DNA of 27,485 nt from an uncultured Gemmatimonadota bacterium (GTDB taxonomy: Bacteria > Blakebacterota > Blakebacteria > Blakebacterales > Blakebacteraceae), in the NCBI GenBank assembly GCA_964435265.1, contig CAYSYY010000002.1, positions 1 to 27,485 on the forward strand, read 5' to 3'. The position numbers and the translations under genes were made by a program. This document shows, piece after piece, positions 25,967-27,485 of this stretch; the stretch's first letter is position 1, and the number at the start of each line of letters is the position of its first letter. A model generated the notes under the pieces. It was not told the DNA's origin. It made no database searches and saw only the letters and a list, made by a program, of their open reading frames with translations.

Positions 25967-26025
25967 GAGTCCGGGTTGGGCAACAGTGCCGTGAGTCCGG
26001 GTTGGGCACCAGTGCCGAGAGTCCG
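25967..26025. repeat. Tandem 26-bp repeat, about 2.3 copies
   Basis: GAGTCCGGGTTGGGCAACAGTGCCGT / GAGTCCGGGTTGGGCACCAGTGCCGA / GAGTCCG, immediately past the Fe-S gene stop. Confidence 0.85.
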
Positions 26026-26029
26026 TCGT

Positions 26030-27484
26030 CTACTCCACCGCCGCGAGCAGGATCTCGGCGATATCGAAGGTCTCCTCCAGCGTGCCGGCGAGCATCATCC
26101 GGCATTCGGGACAGGCGGTCACCAGAGCACCGGCGCCGGTCGCCTCGAGGTGGCGCTTGCGCTCCTGGTCGATCCGGTTCTCGCCCTCGGCCTCGAGCAT
26201 GAAGCCCGCGGCTCCGCCGCCGCAGCAGTAGGAGCGGGCCCGGTTCTGCTCCGCCTCGATCAGGGTGTGCCCGGCGGCCCGGATGAGCGCCCGGGGCTCG
26301 GCGAGGATCCCCTCATAGCGGCCCAGGTAGCAGGGATCGTGGTAGGTGAGGCGCCGGCCGGCGATCGTGTCGGCGGCGGCAGTTCCGACGGCGATCGCTC
26401 CGGCGGCGGCAGCTCCGGCGGCGGTCGTTCCGGAGGTGGTACCGCCAGCGACCGGACCGGCCGCTTCAGGGGTTCTCAGCCGCAGCGAACCGTCGGCCAG
26501 CAGGCGGGCGAAGAGCTCGGAGTGATGGAGGACTTCGATGGAATGGCCGTCGAGGTAGTCGTGGTACTCGTGCCGGAAGGTATTCACGCAGTGGGGGCAG
26601 CCGGTGACGATCCGCGTGACCTCGAACTCGATGAACCGCCGGCAGTTCTCCCCGGCCAGCATCTGGAACTGCATCTCCTCACCCTGCCGGCGGGAGTGAT
26701 GCCCGCTGCAGCCCTCCGCGGGCAGCACCCCGAAGGAGACGCCGGCTTTCTTCAACACCGCCACCGTCGCCTCGACGGTGCGCCGCAGATCGGGATTGTA
26801 CGACCAGACACAGCCGAGCCAGAGCAGGTACGCGGTACTCCCCTGCTCGTAGATCGGGATATCGAGGGCGGCGATGAGGGCCGAGCGCTCTTCGGAGGAA
26901 GCCGAAAAGGGATTGCCGGTATTGTTCACGGCCTTGAAGAACTCCGTAGCCACCCCGCCGGTACCGATAGCCAGGGTCTGGGCGAACTTGGCTCCGGCCA
27001 GCAGCCGGGAGTGCTCGATGCCTACCGGGCAGATGTTCTCGCACGCCATGCAGCTGGTGCACTGCCCCAGAGCGGTTTCGGTGATGATGGTGCCGATGAC
27101 CGCGTCCCCGGGCGATCCGTGCAGCAGAGCCGTCTGCCCCGCCTTGACGAAATCGGCCGGGCGCAGTTCCTGACCGGCCTGGGCGGCCGGGCAGTTGTCG
27201 GTGCAGCGCTTGCACTCCACGCAGGCCAGGAAATCGAGCCGCAGCTTCCAGGGCACGGCCGCCACCGTCTCCAGTCCCAGAACGATCTCGTCTTCGGACT
27301 CGACCGATTCGAAATCGAGGTTCAGCTGCGGCACGTCCCAGAGGCGGGGGGTGCGCAGGAGCACCGCGATCGGCGCCAGGAAGATATGCCGGTGCTTGGA
27401 ATGCAGGATCAGGATCGGAAAGATCATGATGATGACTGCGTGCAGCCACCAGTCGAAGCGCGCGTTCACCAGCCGGGTGGTGTT
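26030..27484 (-). CDS. CCG-domain Fe-S oxidoreductase (HdrD/FadF/GlpC-like) with membrane segment; N-terminus lies beyond the window
   Basis: CVECKRCTDNCP and CTSCMACENICP (2x[4Fe-4S]), WLGC, EGCSG, TGCPHC, YHDPCYLGR, YCCGGG, TACPEC; frame stays open from the GTG at 27469 to the window end. Confidence 0.92.
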   Translation of the reverse strand, partial: NTTRLVNARFDWWLHAVIIMIFPILILHSKHRHIFLAPIAVLLRTPRLWDVPQLNLDFESVESEDEIVLGLETVAAVPWKLRLDFLACVECKRCTDNCPAAQAGQELRPADFVKAGQTALLHGSPGDAVIGTIITETALGQCTSCMACENICPVGIEHSRLLAGAKFAQTLAIGTGGVATEFFKAVNNTGNPFSASSEERSALIAALDIPIYEQGSTAYLLWLGCVWSYNPDLRRTVEATVAVLKKAGVSFGVLPAEGCSGHHSRRQGEEMQFQMLAGENCRRFIEFEVTRIVTGCPHCVNTFRHEYHDYLDGHSIEVLHHSELFARLLADGSLRLRTPEAAGPVAGGTTSGTTAAGAAAAGAIAVGTAAADTIAGRRLTYHDPCYLGRYEGILAEPRALIRAAGHTLIEAEQNRARSYCCGGGAAGFMLEAEGENRIDQERKRHLEATGAGALVTACPECRMMLAGTLEETFDIAEILLAAVE

Positions 27485-27485
27485 C

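Noticed and set aside
25967-26025. Possible mini-CRISPR
   Set aside because: Units are directly adjacent with no spacers, and there are no cas genes in the window.
26700-26720. CSG instead of CCG in the first CCG domain, suggesting inactivation or recoding
   Set aside because: Variants at this position (CTG/CSG) are, to my knowledge, common in FadF-like proteins; the codon is a plain AGC, not TGA.

Overview
GC-rich chromosomal window from a diderm bacterium (it encodes a TolC-type channel, an outer-membrane beta-barrel and a lipoprotein). It holds 22 supportable CDSs, two of them cut by the window edges. I see no rRNA, tRNA, CRISPR array, integrase or transposase. Left to right: (i) an RND/ABC-efflux periplasmic adaptor behind a near-consensus sigma-54 promoter with an upstream enhancer-like palindrome; (ii) a minus-strand operon GAF-GGDEF-PilZ diguanylate cyclase > RlmI-like methyltransferase > endonuclease IV; (iii) two exported self-cleaving hydrolases (DmpA-like peptidase, Tat-exported type-2 asparaginase) followed by a 4xPAS hybrid kinase; (iv) a 7.7-kb co-directional envelope cluster lemA > htpX > DUF481 barrel > tolC > ECF sigma > zinc anti-sigma > exported TPR/HEAT-like protein with 13 regular 'SSS' repeats; (v) HD hydrolase, GT4 glycosyltransferase, exported amidohydrolase, Cys-rich MarR and a five-domain acidic lipocalin-like lipoprotein; (vi) TetR > CPBP protease with a perfect 20-bp operator, and a CCG-domain Fe-S oxidoreductase. 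The least explained elements are the ECF/anti-sigma/SSS-repeat module and its neighbourhood, and the five-domain lipoprotein. All family calls come from motif recognition by eye; no database search was run, so novelty is unverified.
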